The notes under the pieces were generated by a model. The model was not told the DNA's origin. It saw only the letters and a program-made list of their open reading frames with translations, and ran no database searches. DNA of 64,000 nucleotides from an uncultured bacterium (GTDB lineage: Bacteria; Verrucomicrobiota; Verrucomicrobiia; Limisphaerales; UBA8199): contig CAVVMW010000004.1 of NCBI GenBank assembly GCA_963749495.1, positions 800,001-864,000 on the forward strand. Direction: 5' to 3'. Of this stretch, positions 37,443 to 48,686 are shown piece after piece. Each line of letters starts with the position of its first letter. Within the stretch, counting starts at the first letter, position 1. Made by a program: the position numbers and the translations under genes.

Positions 37443-39140
37443 CTTATTTACAATCACTTACGACGATTTTCAACAGAGCACTAAAGGCTTGGCACGCCCT
37501 AAGCTTTTCCCATGTCTGAAATCCGGAAAAGCACGTGGCGACGCCAAGATCCCAAATGTTCCATGCCGGTATCGTCATGAACTCAACGGCACGTAATATG
37601 GAATAAAAAAGACGGGACGCAAGCGCAAAGAACACAGCCCTGGGACAACCGACCGCAAACTCGCAGAACTGGCAGCATGACGGGAGACGCAACTGTCGAA
37701 CGTTTAGATCCGACCCCACTGCCTCGACCACATTACCGCCCTTTTTCATGGACAAGCTGGCCTATGGGCAGAGCAACCGGCCAATCAACGGTTTGTCAGT
37801 GCGTCAGTGCGTCGCTGGCATGGGCGCGCCCGTCATCTCGGATGGAGGGGCTTCTGCCGTCTCCTGCCAGACGGCGGCATGAAACTCCTCCTCGGCACGT
37901 TTATGAGCTTGCGTCCCAAACGATGGTTGCCGAGGATGCGCGTCCATGAACTCGATATCACGCAGGACCTTCATTGGAACCACCGCCGGAGCCATGAGCA
38001 CAGGTTCCCTCGCCTCGCTCGGGATGACCGCGCTCACCTCAACTGCCGCCGGGGCTGCGGCCTCGCCGGAGCCGAAGAAACCAAAGGACATCCGCGTAGG
38101 CATGCTGACGGCGCCGCTGCGCAACCTGCCATTTGAGGAAGTCCTCGACATGGCCAGGCGCTGCAATATTGCCGCGCTGGAGGTCGTGACCGAGCCCGGG
38201 CACCCGCACATTGACCCAATGACGCTGGGCCAGGCGCAAGTGGAGGCCATCAAACAGAAGTTGGGCGAGCGCGGGCTTGAAATCAGCAGCCTATCCAACT
38301 TCATGAACATCAACGCTCCGGGAAAAGCCGGAGAAGCACAACAGGCCATGATTAAGACGGTTGACGCTGCTGTCCTGCTGGGCGTGCCGACGGTCTGTAT
38401 GAACCTCGGGACACCAGTTCAAGGGATGAGCAAGATTGACACGATCAAGAAAGTGATTCCCGGACTCTTTCGCCCCATACTCGACCATGCCAAGGAGAAA
38501 GGGATCAACGTGGCCATTGAGAACTGGTTTGAGACCAACCTTCAGGGTCTGGACACGTTTGATTGCCTGATGGAGACCATCCCCGACGAGCACTTCGGCT
38601 TCAACTACGACCCCTCCCACCTGGTGCATCAGCAGTGCGACTACACCGTGCCCATCAAGAGGTTCGGCAAGAGAATTTTCCACACTCACGCGAAGGACTG
38701 CCTGGTGGACGAGCAGCAGCGGGCCTACGTGGGCGTGCTGGGGGGCAAATGGTATGTGGGCGTGCCGGGGGGCGGTTGGTGGCGGTATGTCATCCCCGGC
38801 TTTGGCGACATCAAGTGGGGTCAATACATCGGCCATTTGCGTGAGGTTGGCTACAAAGGCGTGCTCAGCATCGAGCACGAAGACAGCACCTTCGGCCCGG
38901 AGGAAGGCTTCCGGCATGGAGCGCATTATCTGAATCAGTTCTGCAATGCGTAGATTGAACGAGGCGGCGGGCCGAGGCAGAACGCACGCTCTGTCAGCCA
39001 GCAATCCTGGGAAATCATCAATCGAATCAAGGGTTGGGTGAGAAAGTCCGCTGGTGTCCGGATGGGTCCAAAAGGGGGAAAAATGCCCTATTATTCTCGC
39101 GAACGAGACGCTCTGCCAACTGAGCTACGACCCCATCCAG
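37443..39140. mobile_element. Integrase-less islet bounded by a 42-bp direct repeat of the tRNA-Ala 5' half
   Basis: 37401-37442 identical to 39099-39140. Confidence 0.75.
37946..38953 (+). CDS. Tat-exported sugar phosphate isomerase/epimerase (AP endonuclease 2 TIM barrel)
   Basis: SRRTFI Tat motif; AIENW, NYDPSH, HTHAKD, SIEHED. Confidence 0.9.
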   Translation: MNSISRRTFIGTTAGAMSTGSLASLGMTALTSTAAGAAASPEPKKPKDIRVGMLTAPLRNLPFEEVLDMARRCNIAALEVVTEPGHPHIDPMTLGQAQVEAIKQKLGERGLEISSLSNFMNINAPGKAGEAQQAMIKTVDAAVLLGVPTVCMNLGTPVQGMSKIDTIKKVIPGLFRPILDHAKEKGINVAIENWFETNLQGLDTFDCLMETIPDEHFGFNYDPSHLVHQQCDYTVPIKRFGKRIFHTHAKDCLVDEQQRAYVGVLGGKWYVGVPGGGWWRYVIPGFGDIKWGQYIGHLREVGYKGVLSIEHEDSTFGPEEGFRHGAHYLNQFCNA

Positions 39141-39235
39141 TGTGTTTGCAGCCGCTCGCGACGATCTCAATAACCTGGTGTTGATCTGCGCCATCGCGGC
39201 CAGCCTGACCCGGAGGGTGTGACTGAGAACGGCGG

Positions 39236-39363
39236 TTCAACCACGGATGAACACGGATGAACACGGATTTGCAGAAGACACGGAACAAGCCGCCTTCACC
39301 CATGGGGCGAACCTTGCCGGGCATTTCCATATCCGTGTTTATCCGTGTCCATCCGTGGTTGAA
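39236..39363. repeat. Inverted 10-mer tandem repeat (ACACGGATGA)
   Basis: TTCAACCACGGATGAACACGGATGAACACGGAT..ATCCGTGTTTATCCGTGTCCATCCGTGGTTGAA. Confidence 0.8.
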
Positions 39364-39407
39364 AAAGCTGGACCGCCGGATTGAGGCTGAACGGCCGGCC
39401 CCCCGCA

Positions 39408-40680
39408 TCAGAATTGGTATTTCAAGTTCACGCTGGCCACGTTCACCATGTATTCATCGCTCGGGAGGCTGGACAGGCGCCGGTACCAACGATAGCCCAA
39501 CTGGGCAGTGAGCTTGCGCGTAATCGGCCGGCTCACGTCCATTCTGATCCCGAACCAGTCGTAGGTTTCAGACCCGTATGCAACGTCGGTCCCGTGCTGA
39601 TAGGCCAACCAGGTGAACAGAGTGATCTTGCGCAGGAGCTGCCAGTTGGCGCCCGCCGCCAAATCGTAGTATCCCAAAGGCCCGGAATAGGAGTTGAACG
39701 TCAGGGCCCGGCTGGCCCGGACCCAGTATTCCAGGTAGCTGTTGGCCCGATGCTTGAGCGTGAGGTTGGCGTAAGGGCCCTCCAGCCGCCCGCCCAACGA
39801 CGTCCCCGAGCCAGGTTCGAACACGGTGTAGCCGGCCCCGGCCTCCAGGCGCAGTCGCTGGCTCAGTTGGACCTCGGTGAAAGGGCCCACGCTCCACTGC
39901 GTCCCCTGGCTCTGGATTGCGCTTGTCAAACCGTTCGTGTGCCAGGAGTAGGAGACCAAATCGGCGCTGCTCTCCAGCCCCACCCGCGCGCTGGGGAGCA
40001 CGGCATAACTGCCCGCAAGACTCAGCAGCTCCCGACTGCGAGCTGTCGATCATCAGGTTGCCCGTCAGAGACTCCCAGGTCTCCAGGTCGAAGCCGCCTC
40101 TGGCCATCACCCGGCCCAGGTCCCACGTGACGCCCACCCCCGCCGTATTCTCCAGGATCTGGTAATCTCCCGTGCCGGAAAAGCTCGGGTCCTGAAAGGC
40201 ATTGTCCGTGATCGAGAAGCGGTCGTGCAGGTTAATCCAGAAGTCCCCGCTGTATATGTCGAACGACGTCTCCGAACCTGGCACCAGGTAGAACCGGTCC
40301 AGGTCCGAATGCCGGGCGTAGGCCGAATAGCCCGCCCCTAAGGTGAGGCTCAGGTTGTTGAGTTCCGACACGCGCCAGAGCACATGCGAGGCGATCTCCG
40401 GCCGGACGATCACATCGGCTTCAGGGTTGTTGGGCGAATAAGTGATATTGTCGCTGAAAACCACCGCCGTGTCCGCCTCGAAGTTCGCGCCCAGCGGTCC
40501 CATCTTCACATTGTAGTAGCCCAGGGTCGAGGCCGCCTTCTTGCGATCTTCGGCCGCCTGGGCGCCGGCCATGGATTGGCGCAGGGCCTCCTGGGCGTGG
40601 AGCCGCGGCCCGGCCAGCGCCAGCGCCAGGCCGACCCAGCCCAGGACCCGCCGGCAGTTCACCCTCCTGCGCGATGTCAC
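39408..40680 (-). CDS. Outer-membrane beta-barrel protein, frameshift near 40005; start uncertain
   Basis: Signal peptide ending LHA-QE, amphipathic beta strands, terminal VNLKYQF. Confidence 0.75.
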
Positions 40681-40895
40681 CCGCCCCTCTCGGGAGCAGG
40701 CCGCAGGGGCTGACTTTGCCCCCCAGGCAATTCCCCGGGCCTTCTGCGCTGTCTCAGGGGCATAATCAACCCCCGCTTCATTCTGGCACCGCGACATCCG
40801 CAAAATCCTAGACGAGCCGATCCGCTTTGGGAAGCAGATTCGCCGGGGGAAACCAGTTGCTCCCACAAGCGCGATGGGTTATCGGTTCCCCCGGC

Positions 40896-43246
40896 ATGGC
40901 CACCGAGACGAAGCGAGCCGGGGAGACACCAGCGGAATTTGCGCCGCATGTTGCGGCGGAGACGGTGATGCGGGAGTTGAGCTTGCGGGCCATCGTGGCG
41001 GGGGCGCTGCTGGGCGTGGTGTTCGGGGCCTCTTCGCTTTACCTGGTGCTCAAGGTGGGGCTGACGGTCAGCGCCTCGATCCCGGTGGCCGTGATCTCGG
41101 TGACACTGTTCCGGCTGTGGGCCGGGGTAGGCGGGCGCGACGCCACTATTCTTGAGAACAACATCGTCCAGACAGCCGGTTCGGCGGGCGAGTCGATCGC
41201 CTTTGGCCTGGGCGTGACGATGCCGGCGATCCTGATCCTCGGATTCGACCTGGAGATCCGCCGTGTGATGCTGGTGGGGCTGCTGGGCAGCCTGCTGGGG
41301 ATACTGATGATGATTCCGCTGCGGCGGGCGCTGATTGTCGCCCAGCACGGCCAACTCAAGTACCCCGAGGGCACGGCCTGCGCCCAGGTGCTCAAGGCCG
41401 GCGCGGCCGCCGGGCCGTCCACAGGCGCCCCGGCCATCAATGCCTCGACCATCTTCGCCGGGTTCGGCATCGGCCTGGGCTACAAGGCCCTGATGTCGGC
41501 GTTGAGGCTCTGGAAGGACATCCCGGAAAAGGTCTTCGGACCGCCCTTGAGGGCGGGGTCCATTGCGTGCGAGATCACACCGGAGTTGCTCGGCGTGGGC
41601 TACATCATCGGCCCGCGCATCGGCTCGATCATGATGGCCGGAGGCGTGCTGAGTTGCCTGGTGCTGGTGCCGCTGATTGCGTTTTTTGGCGAGGGCTTGA
41701 GCGGCGTGCTGGCGCCGGGCAGCAAGCCCATTCGCCAGATGACCCCGGAGGACATTCGCAGCGAGTATGTCCTCTACATCGGGGCCGGGGCGGTGGCGGC
41801 CGGTGGCATCATCAGCCTGGTGCGCTCGCTGCCGATCATCCTGCACAGCATCCGCTCGGGCCTCCGGGATCTTCGGCCCCGGTCCCCGAATGGCCGGACA
41901 TCGGACGGTCGAGGGTCGACGGTCGAGGGAGCGAGGCGCTGCCCACCGACCCTCGGGAACCGGCCCTCGCGTCCCGATGCTCCTGAATCGGAATCCAATG
42001 CGGCGGGGGCCCGGGCGGCGGTGCGCCGGACGGAGCGGGACTTGCCGATGGGCCTTGTGGCCGGGGGCATCGGGGCGCTCCTGGTGGCCATCCTGGCCGC
42101 GCCCGCGCTCCACATGAACCTGCTGGGCGCCAGCCTCATCGTCCTGTTCGGTTTCCTTTTTGTCACCGTCTCCTCGCGGGTCACCGGCGAGATCGGGTCG
42201 TCTTCGAACCCGATCTCGGGGATGACGGTGGCGACGTTGCTGCTGACGTGCCTGTGCTTCCTGTTGGCGGGCTGGACGGGCGCGGGTTACTACGTGACGG
42301 CCTTGTCGGTGGGCGGAATCGTGTGTGTGGCGGCGTCGAACGCGGGGGCAACGTTGCAGGACCTCAAGACCGGCTTCCTGGTCGGGGCCACGCCGCGCCA
42401 TCAGCAGGTCTCGATCCTCATCGGCGCCACCGCCAGCGCGCTGCTGCTGGGGCCGATCCTGCTGCTGCTCAACGACACGGCGACGGTCTATGTGCCGGCG
42501 GCGCAAGTGGCCCCGGGGCTGCGCGCCGCGGCCGGGGCGAGGCTGGGCCCGCCCGAGAAATTGCGCGGGCCGCAGGCGCGCTCGGATGCCGGCGCGTATC
42601 GCTCCTGGCAAAAGGCGGACACGACCGGCGGGCCGCCGGGCAAGTACCTCGTGAACCAGTCCGGGGCGGCGCGCTGGCTGGTGGACCCGGGCATCAACGG
42701 CGCTTTCAAGACGCGGCCCGATGGCACCGAGGTGAGGAAGTTCGACGCGCCCAAGGCGACGCTCATGAGTTACATCATCAAGGGGATGCTCGATCGCAAG
42801 CTGCCCTGGGGGCTGGTGCTCTTTGGTGTGATGATCGCGGTGGTGCTCGAGCTGAGCGGTGTCTCGTCCCTCGCCTTCGCCGTGGGCGTTTACCTGCCGA
42901 TCTCCTCCTCGGCCCCGATCTTTGTCGGCGGCCTGGTGCGCTGGCTGGTGGACAGCCGGATGCGGCGGCAGTTTCGACTGCGCAACCTCAACCTGAACGA
43001 GGCGCAGTTGGCGGCGCAGAGCGACCAGACCCCGGCGTGCTGCTGGCCAGCGGCTACATCGCCGGCGGCGCCATGGGCGGCATCCTCATCGCCCTGATGA
43101 CGGGCGCGCTGGGGCGCGTGGATTTTGCGCTCACCCAGTGGGCGGAGGGGCACAACCCGTTTTTCGCCGGACCCAACTCGGACTGGCTGGCGCTGCTGCC
43201 GTTCGCGGCGTTGGTGGGTTGGCTGTATTGGAAGGCTAAAGGCTAA
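40896..43246 (+). CDS. OPT-family oligopeptide transporter, frameshift near 43030
   Basis: [71 protein letters not shown]. Confidence 0.92.
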
Positions 43247-43654
43247 AGGCTAAAGGCTAAAGTACAGAGGCCGGTGGTGAGTGGCTTCGCGTCAACGCTC
43301 TCGGCCCGGGTGGAATTAAAAGCCTCGCGCGTGCGCCTTGGGAGTTTTGTCCCGGAGGGACATCTGACAATAGCCCGGCGTTTCAACGCCGGGGAGGCCA
43401 AAAAAGGGACCCTCGTCCCGAAGGGACGACTGAGAACACTCCTTGCTTTCAGCCGTCCCTTCGGGACGAACTTGCTCCTTGGCTCCCCTCACCCGGCGTT
43501 GAAACGCCGGGCTATTCTCGGAAGCCCCTTCGGGGCAAAAAGGCGCCGTGGGCTGACCGACAGTTTCAATCGCGCGCTCTCCGCCCTCCGTGCTGGACGC
43601 GCCCCGGGCTGGTTCTTCCGCCTTTAGCCTTTAGCCTTTAGCCTTTAGCCTTCC
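43230..43654. repeat. Compound element: (AGGCTAA)4 - REP family B - (TTAGCCT)4
   Basis: Perfect 33-bp terminal inverted repeat made of heptamers; interior GTCCCGGAGGGACATCTGACAATAGCCCGGCG.. also at ~51760-52050. Confidence 0.9.
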
Positions 43655-44986
43655 TGAGTTGCTCCCGCCATTTTTCCACGCGCTCTTTGATCTTCTTCTC
43701 GGCGCCCTGCTCGGTGGGTTCGTAGTAGCGTTTGTCGGCGCCCAGGTAGTCCTGGGCGACGAAATGGTCCGGGTGGTCGTGGGCGTACTGGTAGCCTTGG
43801 CCGTGGCCGAGGCGTTTGGCGCCCTGGTAGCTGGAGTCGCGCAGGTGCTCGGGCACCGGCAGCGTGCGCCCGGACTCGACGTCTTTGAGGGCGGCGCCGA
43901 TGGCGAGGACCGTGCTGTTGCTCTTGGGGGCGGTGGCGATGTAGATGACGGCCTCGGCCAGGGGGATGCGGGCCTCCGGCCAGCCGATGAATTCGGCCGC
44001 GTGAAAGGCCGCGCTGGCCAGCACCAGGGCCATGGGGTCGGCCAGGCCGACGTCCTCGGCGGCGTGAATGACGATGCGCCGCGCGATGAACCGCGGGTCT
44101 TCGCCCGCGTGCATCATCTTGGCCAGCCAGTAGAGCGCCGCGTCCGGGTCGCTCCCGCGCATCGATTTGATGAACGCCGAGATCGTGTCGTAATGGGCGT
44201 CTTCGTCATCGTACACCACGGCCTTCTTCTGAATGCTCTGCTCGGCGGCGGGGAGGTCAATGCGGACCACGCCCTGGGAGTCGGGCGGGGTGGTCAGGGC
44301 GGCGATTTCCAGGGCATTGAGGGCCTTGCGGGCGTCTCCGTCGGAGAGCTTGGCCAGGTGGCGCAGGGCGGCCTCCTGCGCCTGGATGTTCAAGGCGCCC
44401 AGCCCGCGCTCGCGCTCGGCCAGGGCGCGCTGGAGCACCCGGTAGAGGTCCTCTTCGGAGAGCGGCCGCAACTCGAAAATCTGCGAGCGCGAGACCAGCG
44501 GTGAGTTGACAAAAAAGAACGGGTTGTGCGTGGTCGCCCCGATAAGCCGGACAATGCCCCCTTCGACATCCGGCAGGAGCACGTCCTGCTGGCCCTTGTT
44601 GAAGCGGTGGATCTCATCGATGAACAGGATGGTCGGCTGCCCTGTGTTTTCGAGCCGGTTGGCCGCCAGCGAGAGCACCCGCCGCATGTCGGCCACGTTG
44701 GATTCGACACCGCTGAGCTGCTCGAACTTGCTCTTGGTTTGGCGGGCGATGATCTGCGCCAGGGAGGTCTTGCCCGTGCCGGGCGGGCCGAAGAAAATCA
44801 GGGACTGGATGCGGTCGGCCTCGATGGCCCGGCGCAGGAGCCCGGGCCCAGGATGTGCTCCTGGCCGGCGAATTCGGCGAGGTCGCGCGGCCGCATGCGC
44901 GCCGCCAGGGGCTGGTGGCGCGCCGCCTGGGCCGCCGGCTCCGGCCCCGCAGGGGCGGTCTGGGCAAACAGGTCATCACGCGCCAT
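43638..44986 (-). CDS. rarA: Replication-associated recombination protein A (MgsA/RarA), frameshift near 44840
   Basis: PLAARMRP, FIDEIHRFNK, GATTHNP, YDTISAFIKSMRGSDPD, EDVGLAD, VPEHLRD. Confidence 0.95.
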
Positions 44987-45374
44987 GCCCGCAACATAAC
45001 AGGCGCCCCGGCGGCTGGCCAATGCGAAAAAAAAACCCCGCCATTGCCGTGTGCAACAGTTCCTTTGAACTTATTAGAAACAGGTGGGAACCCGCTGAAT
45101 TGCTTACGACTTCCAGTTAAGGCCTGTCGGCCACAACCACAGCTTAAGTTCCTCGAATTCTCAACTACGGTTCAAGGACATAGTTTCTGATCACGAGCAT
45201 AGGCAGGGTAAATTCCAGATTCCAAAATCCGAATTCCCGTTTTCCAAAGAACCGGCCGCCGGGCCGCTTCATCCCGGCAGCGCTTTCTGCAATGGATTAT
45301 CGGTTGGCGGCAGAGGTTGCTCAAGATCTTTTTTCGCAGAATCGTAATGCCTCAGAAGGAGGGAGCCTCAGGGG

Positions 45375-45564
45375 GACCGACCCCTCACCCCGGCCCTCTC
45401 CCCTTCGGAAGGGGAGAGGGAGAGTTCTCGGTGGCGCTTTGAGGAAGCGCAGGCGCCCGGAAGCTTCCGAGACTGCCGAGGCCTCTCCCTCTCCCCTTTG
45501 GAAGGGGAGAGGGCCGGGGTGAGGGGTCGGCCGGGGACCCCGTCTCCGCCTTCACTGACCGGTT
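45375..45564. repeat. REP-like element, family E (CCCCTCACCCCGGCCCTCTCCC..GGGGTGAGGGG)
   Basis: Palindrome plus tail GTCTCCGCCTTCACTGACCGGTT shared with 52378-52566. Confidence 0.85.
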
Positions 45565-45602
45565 CGCCTCATCCTGTCTTTGCCTTGCCAAGGGCGGGGG
45601 GA

Positions 45603-48600
45603 ATGCGGAAACTGCCAGGCGTGTTGTTGGCGAGCGCACGCAGGGCGTGGAAAGGCGGGGCCGGTGGTCTGCTGAGCGCGGCTTGGCTGATAGTGCTGGC
45701 CGGGGGCGGCAGGGTGGCGGGGGGTGTCGATGCGGGCGGGGGGCGGGCGGTTTTCCAGGTGTGGCAGCCAGAGGACTGGGAGAAGGGCACGGTGCCCGCC
45801 CTGCTGCAGTCGCGGGAGGGTTACCTGTGGCTGGGGACCTACCATGGCCTGGTGCGTTTCGACGGAGTGCGGTCCCAGGTCTTCAACGCCGTCAACGCGC
45901 CCGGCTTGACCAACGGCGTCGTCACCAGCCTCTACGAAGACAGTGGCGGGGTCCTGTGGATCGGCCACGAGACGGGCAACCTGACGCGTTTCAAGGACGG
46001 GGTGTTCCAGGCGATCAAACTGGGGCGGTTCTGGCCCCGGGGCGCCATCGAGGCCATCAGCAGCGATGAAGAAGGGAACTTGTGGCTGCTCAACGACAGC
46101 GGGCGGCTTTACCGGGTGCGGGACGAGCGGCTGGTGGAGAGCCCCGGTGGCGGGGCCACCGCCAGCCGCAAGGCGATGCTGGCGCGTTCCCCCGGCGGCA
46201 GGCTCTGGGTCGTCTCCAACGGCTCGGTGGCCGCGCTGGAGCGGGGCGCCCTGGCGCCTTGCCGCTTCACCGAGCAGGACGGGACGCCCGGCTTCTACGA
46301 ACGGGTCCTGCCGGCGCGGGACGGGAGCCTCTGGGTGCTGGGCAACGGCCGCCTGCGCAAGTGGCGCGCTGGGCGGTGGGTGGCCGAATGCCCCGGTTGC
46401 CCGCGCGAGCCGGGGCAGGTCACGACCCTGCTGGAGATGCGGTCCGGCGGGTTGCTGGCCGGCACGCTCAAAGCCGGCCTCTACCTGTTCCCACCCAACT
46501 CCCAGCCGCTGCACTTGAGCCGGACCGACGGCCTTTCCCACGATTGGGTCCGCTGCCTCTGCGAAGACAGCGAGGGCGATCTCTGGCTGGGAACCGGCGC
46601 CGGGTTCGACGGCCTGCGGGCGCGCCCGGTCGCAGTGCTCAACGCCCCGGATGCCATGCAGGGGTGCGCCGTGCTCTCGTTTGCGCTCGACCCGGACGGC
46701 GGGGCCTGGATCGGGACCGAGGGGGCCGGCCTTTACAGTTGGCAGGGCGGCCAATGGCGGTCGTTCTGCGAGACCAACGGCCTGCCCAATGCCTTTGTCT
46801 GGTCGGTCCTTGAGTCCCGCGCAGGCGCGTTGTATGTGGGCACCTGGGGCGGGGGACTGCTGGTCAAACGCGGCGACCGTTTCGATTCGCCCGGGGAGCT
46901 GGCCCGGCTCACCGCCCCGGTGGTGTCTTTGTACGAAGACCGGCGCGGCGCCCTCTGGATCGGCACGATCGCGGGCCTCTACCGTTTCCAGGACGGCAAG
47001 CTGACCTCGCCTGCCGGCAAAGACAAGCTGTTGGTGCCCGACGTGCGGGCGATAGCCGAGGCGGCGGATGGCACGCTTTGGTTCGGCATGTCGGGCGGCG
47101 GGTTGGGCTCAGTCAAGGAGGGCGTCTTGAGGCAGTTGCGCAAGCAGGACGGGCTGGGCAGCGACTTTGTCTCCTGTCTGTATCCGGAACCGGACGGCAC
47201 GCTCTGGTATGGGACAAGGGACCGTGGCCTGGGCCGGCTCAAGGAAGGCCGGTTCGCGATACTGGGGCCGGAGCAGGGCATCCCGGGGCGCAGCATCTCG
47301 CACATTGTGGACGACGGGGCGGGCAACCTGTGGATGGGCTCGGAGCGCGGCATCCTGCGCGCCAGCAAGTTGGACCTGTGCCGTTGCGCCGACGGAGCGG
47401 TCAAGAGCATTCATTGCCTGAGCTATGGCAAGGCCGAGGGCCTGGCCTCGCCGATGTGCTCGGGCGGCTTTCAGCCCGGGGCCTGCCGCGGCCCCGACGG
47501 CCGGCTCTGGTTTCCCACCGCCAAGGGCCTGGCCATTGTCGATCCCGCCGAGGTCACCACCAATCGCGTCGCCCCGCCGGTCAAGATCGAAGAACTGCGC
47601 GTGGGCGCCCGGACCATCTGGGCCGGGCAGGGGCCGGGACGAGGCGGGGGCGGCTGGCCGATCATCCCCGCCGGGGGCCAGCGATTCGAGTTCCATTATA
47701 CCGGGCTGAGCTTCGCCGCCCCGGACAAGGTCTGCTTCCAGTACAAGCTCGAGGGCCTCGATGCCGACTGGGTGGATGCCGAAACGCGGCGCGTGGTCGA
47801 GTACAGCTATCTGCCGCCGGGCAAGTACCGATTCCGTGTCACCGCCTGCAACAACAACGGGGTCTGGAACGAAGAGGGCGCGTCGCTGGCCTTCACCGTG
47901 CTGCCGCATTGGTGGCAGACCTGGTGGTTTGACCTGTTGGCGGCGGGCGGCGGGGCCGGCGCTGTGGGCGCCGGCGTGTTGGGGGCGGCCCGGCGGCGCC
48001 TGCGCCGCCGGATGCAGCAGTTGGAGCGGCAGCGCGCCCTGGAACGGGAGCGCACCCGCATCGCCCGCGACATCCACGACGACCTGGGCGCCAGCCTCAC
48101 GCGCATCACGCTCATGAGCCAGTCGGTTTGTGGCGAGTTGACCGCGTTGCCCGAGGCGGCCGCCGAGGTCCAGGCCATCTGCACCACGGCCCGCGAGGTG
48201 ACCCGCGCCCTGGACGAGATCGTCTGGGCGGTCAATCCCAGGCACGACACCCTGGACAGCCTGGCGACCTATCTGGGGCGTTTCGCCCAGCAGTTCCTCA
48301 GCGCGGCCGGGATTCGCTGCCGCCTGGATGTCCCCGTGCACCTGCCGCCCTGGGCCCTCTCGGCCGAGGTGCGGCACACCGTCTTCCTCGCCTTCAAAGA
48401 GGCCCTCCACAACGCCGTCAAACACGCCCGCGCCACCGAGGTCCGCATCTCCTTTGACCTGCTCGAGCACGGTTTCGCATTGTGGGTCGTGGATAACGGG
48501 TGCGGCTTCGACTGGAACCTCGTGCAGGCGCGGGGCAACGGCCTGCTCAACATGCGCAAGCGCCTGGAGGAGGTCGGCGGGTCTTGCCAATGGACCACCG

Positions 48601-48656
48601 CCCCCTCCGAAGGGACCCGCGTCAGGCTGAGCGTCATCAAAACAGACGACAGCTAA
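45603..48656 (+). CDS. Sensor histidine kinase with beta-propeller (Reg_prop) repeats, Y_Y_Y and HisKA_3 domains; start uncertain
   Basis: Repeated G.LW.GT..G, YSYLPPGKYRFRV, TM, ERTRIARDIHDDLGASL, KEALHNAVKHA, DNGCGF. Confidence 0.92.
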   Translation: MRKLPGVLLASARRAWKGGAGGLLSAAWLIVLAGGGRVAGGVDAGGGRAVFQVWQPEDWEKGTVPALLQSREGYLWLGTYHGLVRFDGVRSQVFNAVNAPGLTNGVVTSLYEDSGGVLWIGHETGNLTRFKDGVFQAIKLGRFWPRGAIEAISSDEEGNLWLLNDSGRLYRVRDERLVESPGGGATASRKAMLARSPGGRLWVVSNGSVAALERGALAPCRFTEQDGTPGFYERVLPARDGSLWVLGNGRLRKWRAGRWVAECPGCPREPGQVTTLLEMRSGGLLAGTLKAGLYLFPPNSQPLHLSRTDGLSHDWVRCLCEDSEGDLWLGTGAGFDGLRARPVAVLNAPDAMQGCAVLSFALDPDGGAWIGTEGAGLYSWQGGQWRSFCETNGLPNAFVWSVLESRAGALYVGTWGGGLLVKRGDRFDSPGELARLTAPVVSLYEDRRGALWIGTIAGLYRFQDGKLTSPAGKDKLLVPDVRAIAEAADGTLWFGMSGGGLGSVKEGVLRQLRKQDGLGSDFVSCLYPEPDGTLWYGTRDRGLGRLKEGRFAILGPEQGIPGRSISHIVDDGAGNLWMGSERGILRASKLDLCRCADGAVKSIHCLSYGKAEGLASPMCSGGFQPGACRGPDGRLWFPTAKGLAIVDPAEVTTNRVAPPVKIEELRVGARTIWAGQGPGRGGGGWPIIPAGGQRFEFHYTGLSFAAPDKVCFQYKLEGLDADWVDAETRRVVEYSYLPPGKYRFRVTACNNNGVWNEEGASLAFTVLPHWWQTWWFDLLAAGGGAGAVGAGVLGAARRRLRRRMQQLERQRALERERTRIARDIHDDLGASLTRITLMSQSVCGELTALPEAAAEVQAICTTAREVTRALDEIVWAVNPRHDTLDSLATYLGRFAQQFLSAAGIRCRLDVPVHLPPWALSAEVRHTVFLAFKEALHNAVKHARATEVRISFDLLEHGFALWVVDNGCGFDWNLVQARGNGLLNMRKRLEEVGGSCQWTTAPSEGTRVRLSVIKTDDS

Positions 48657-48686
48657 TCTCCACGGGGATCGATTATAACGCGGTGC

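Noticed and set aside
39099..39134. Second tRNA gene
   Set aside because: Only the 5' half up to the anticodon; no T arm or acceptor 3' strand, so treated as an att-like repeat
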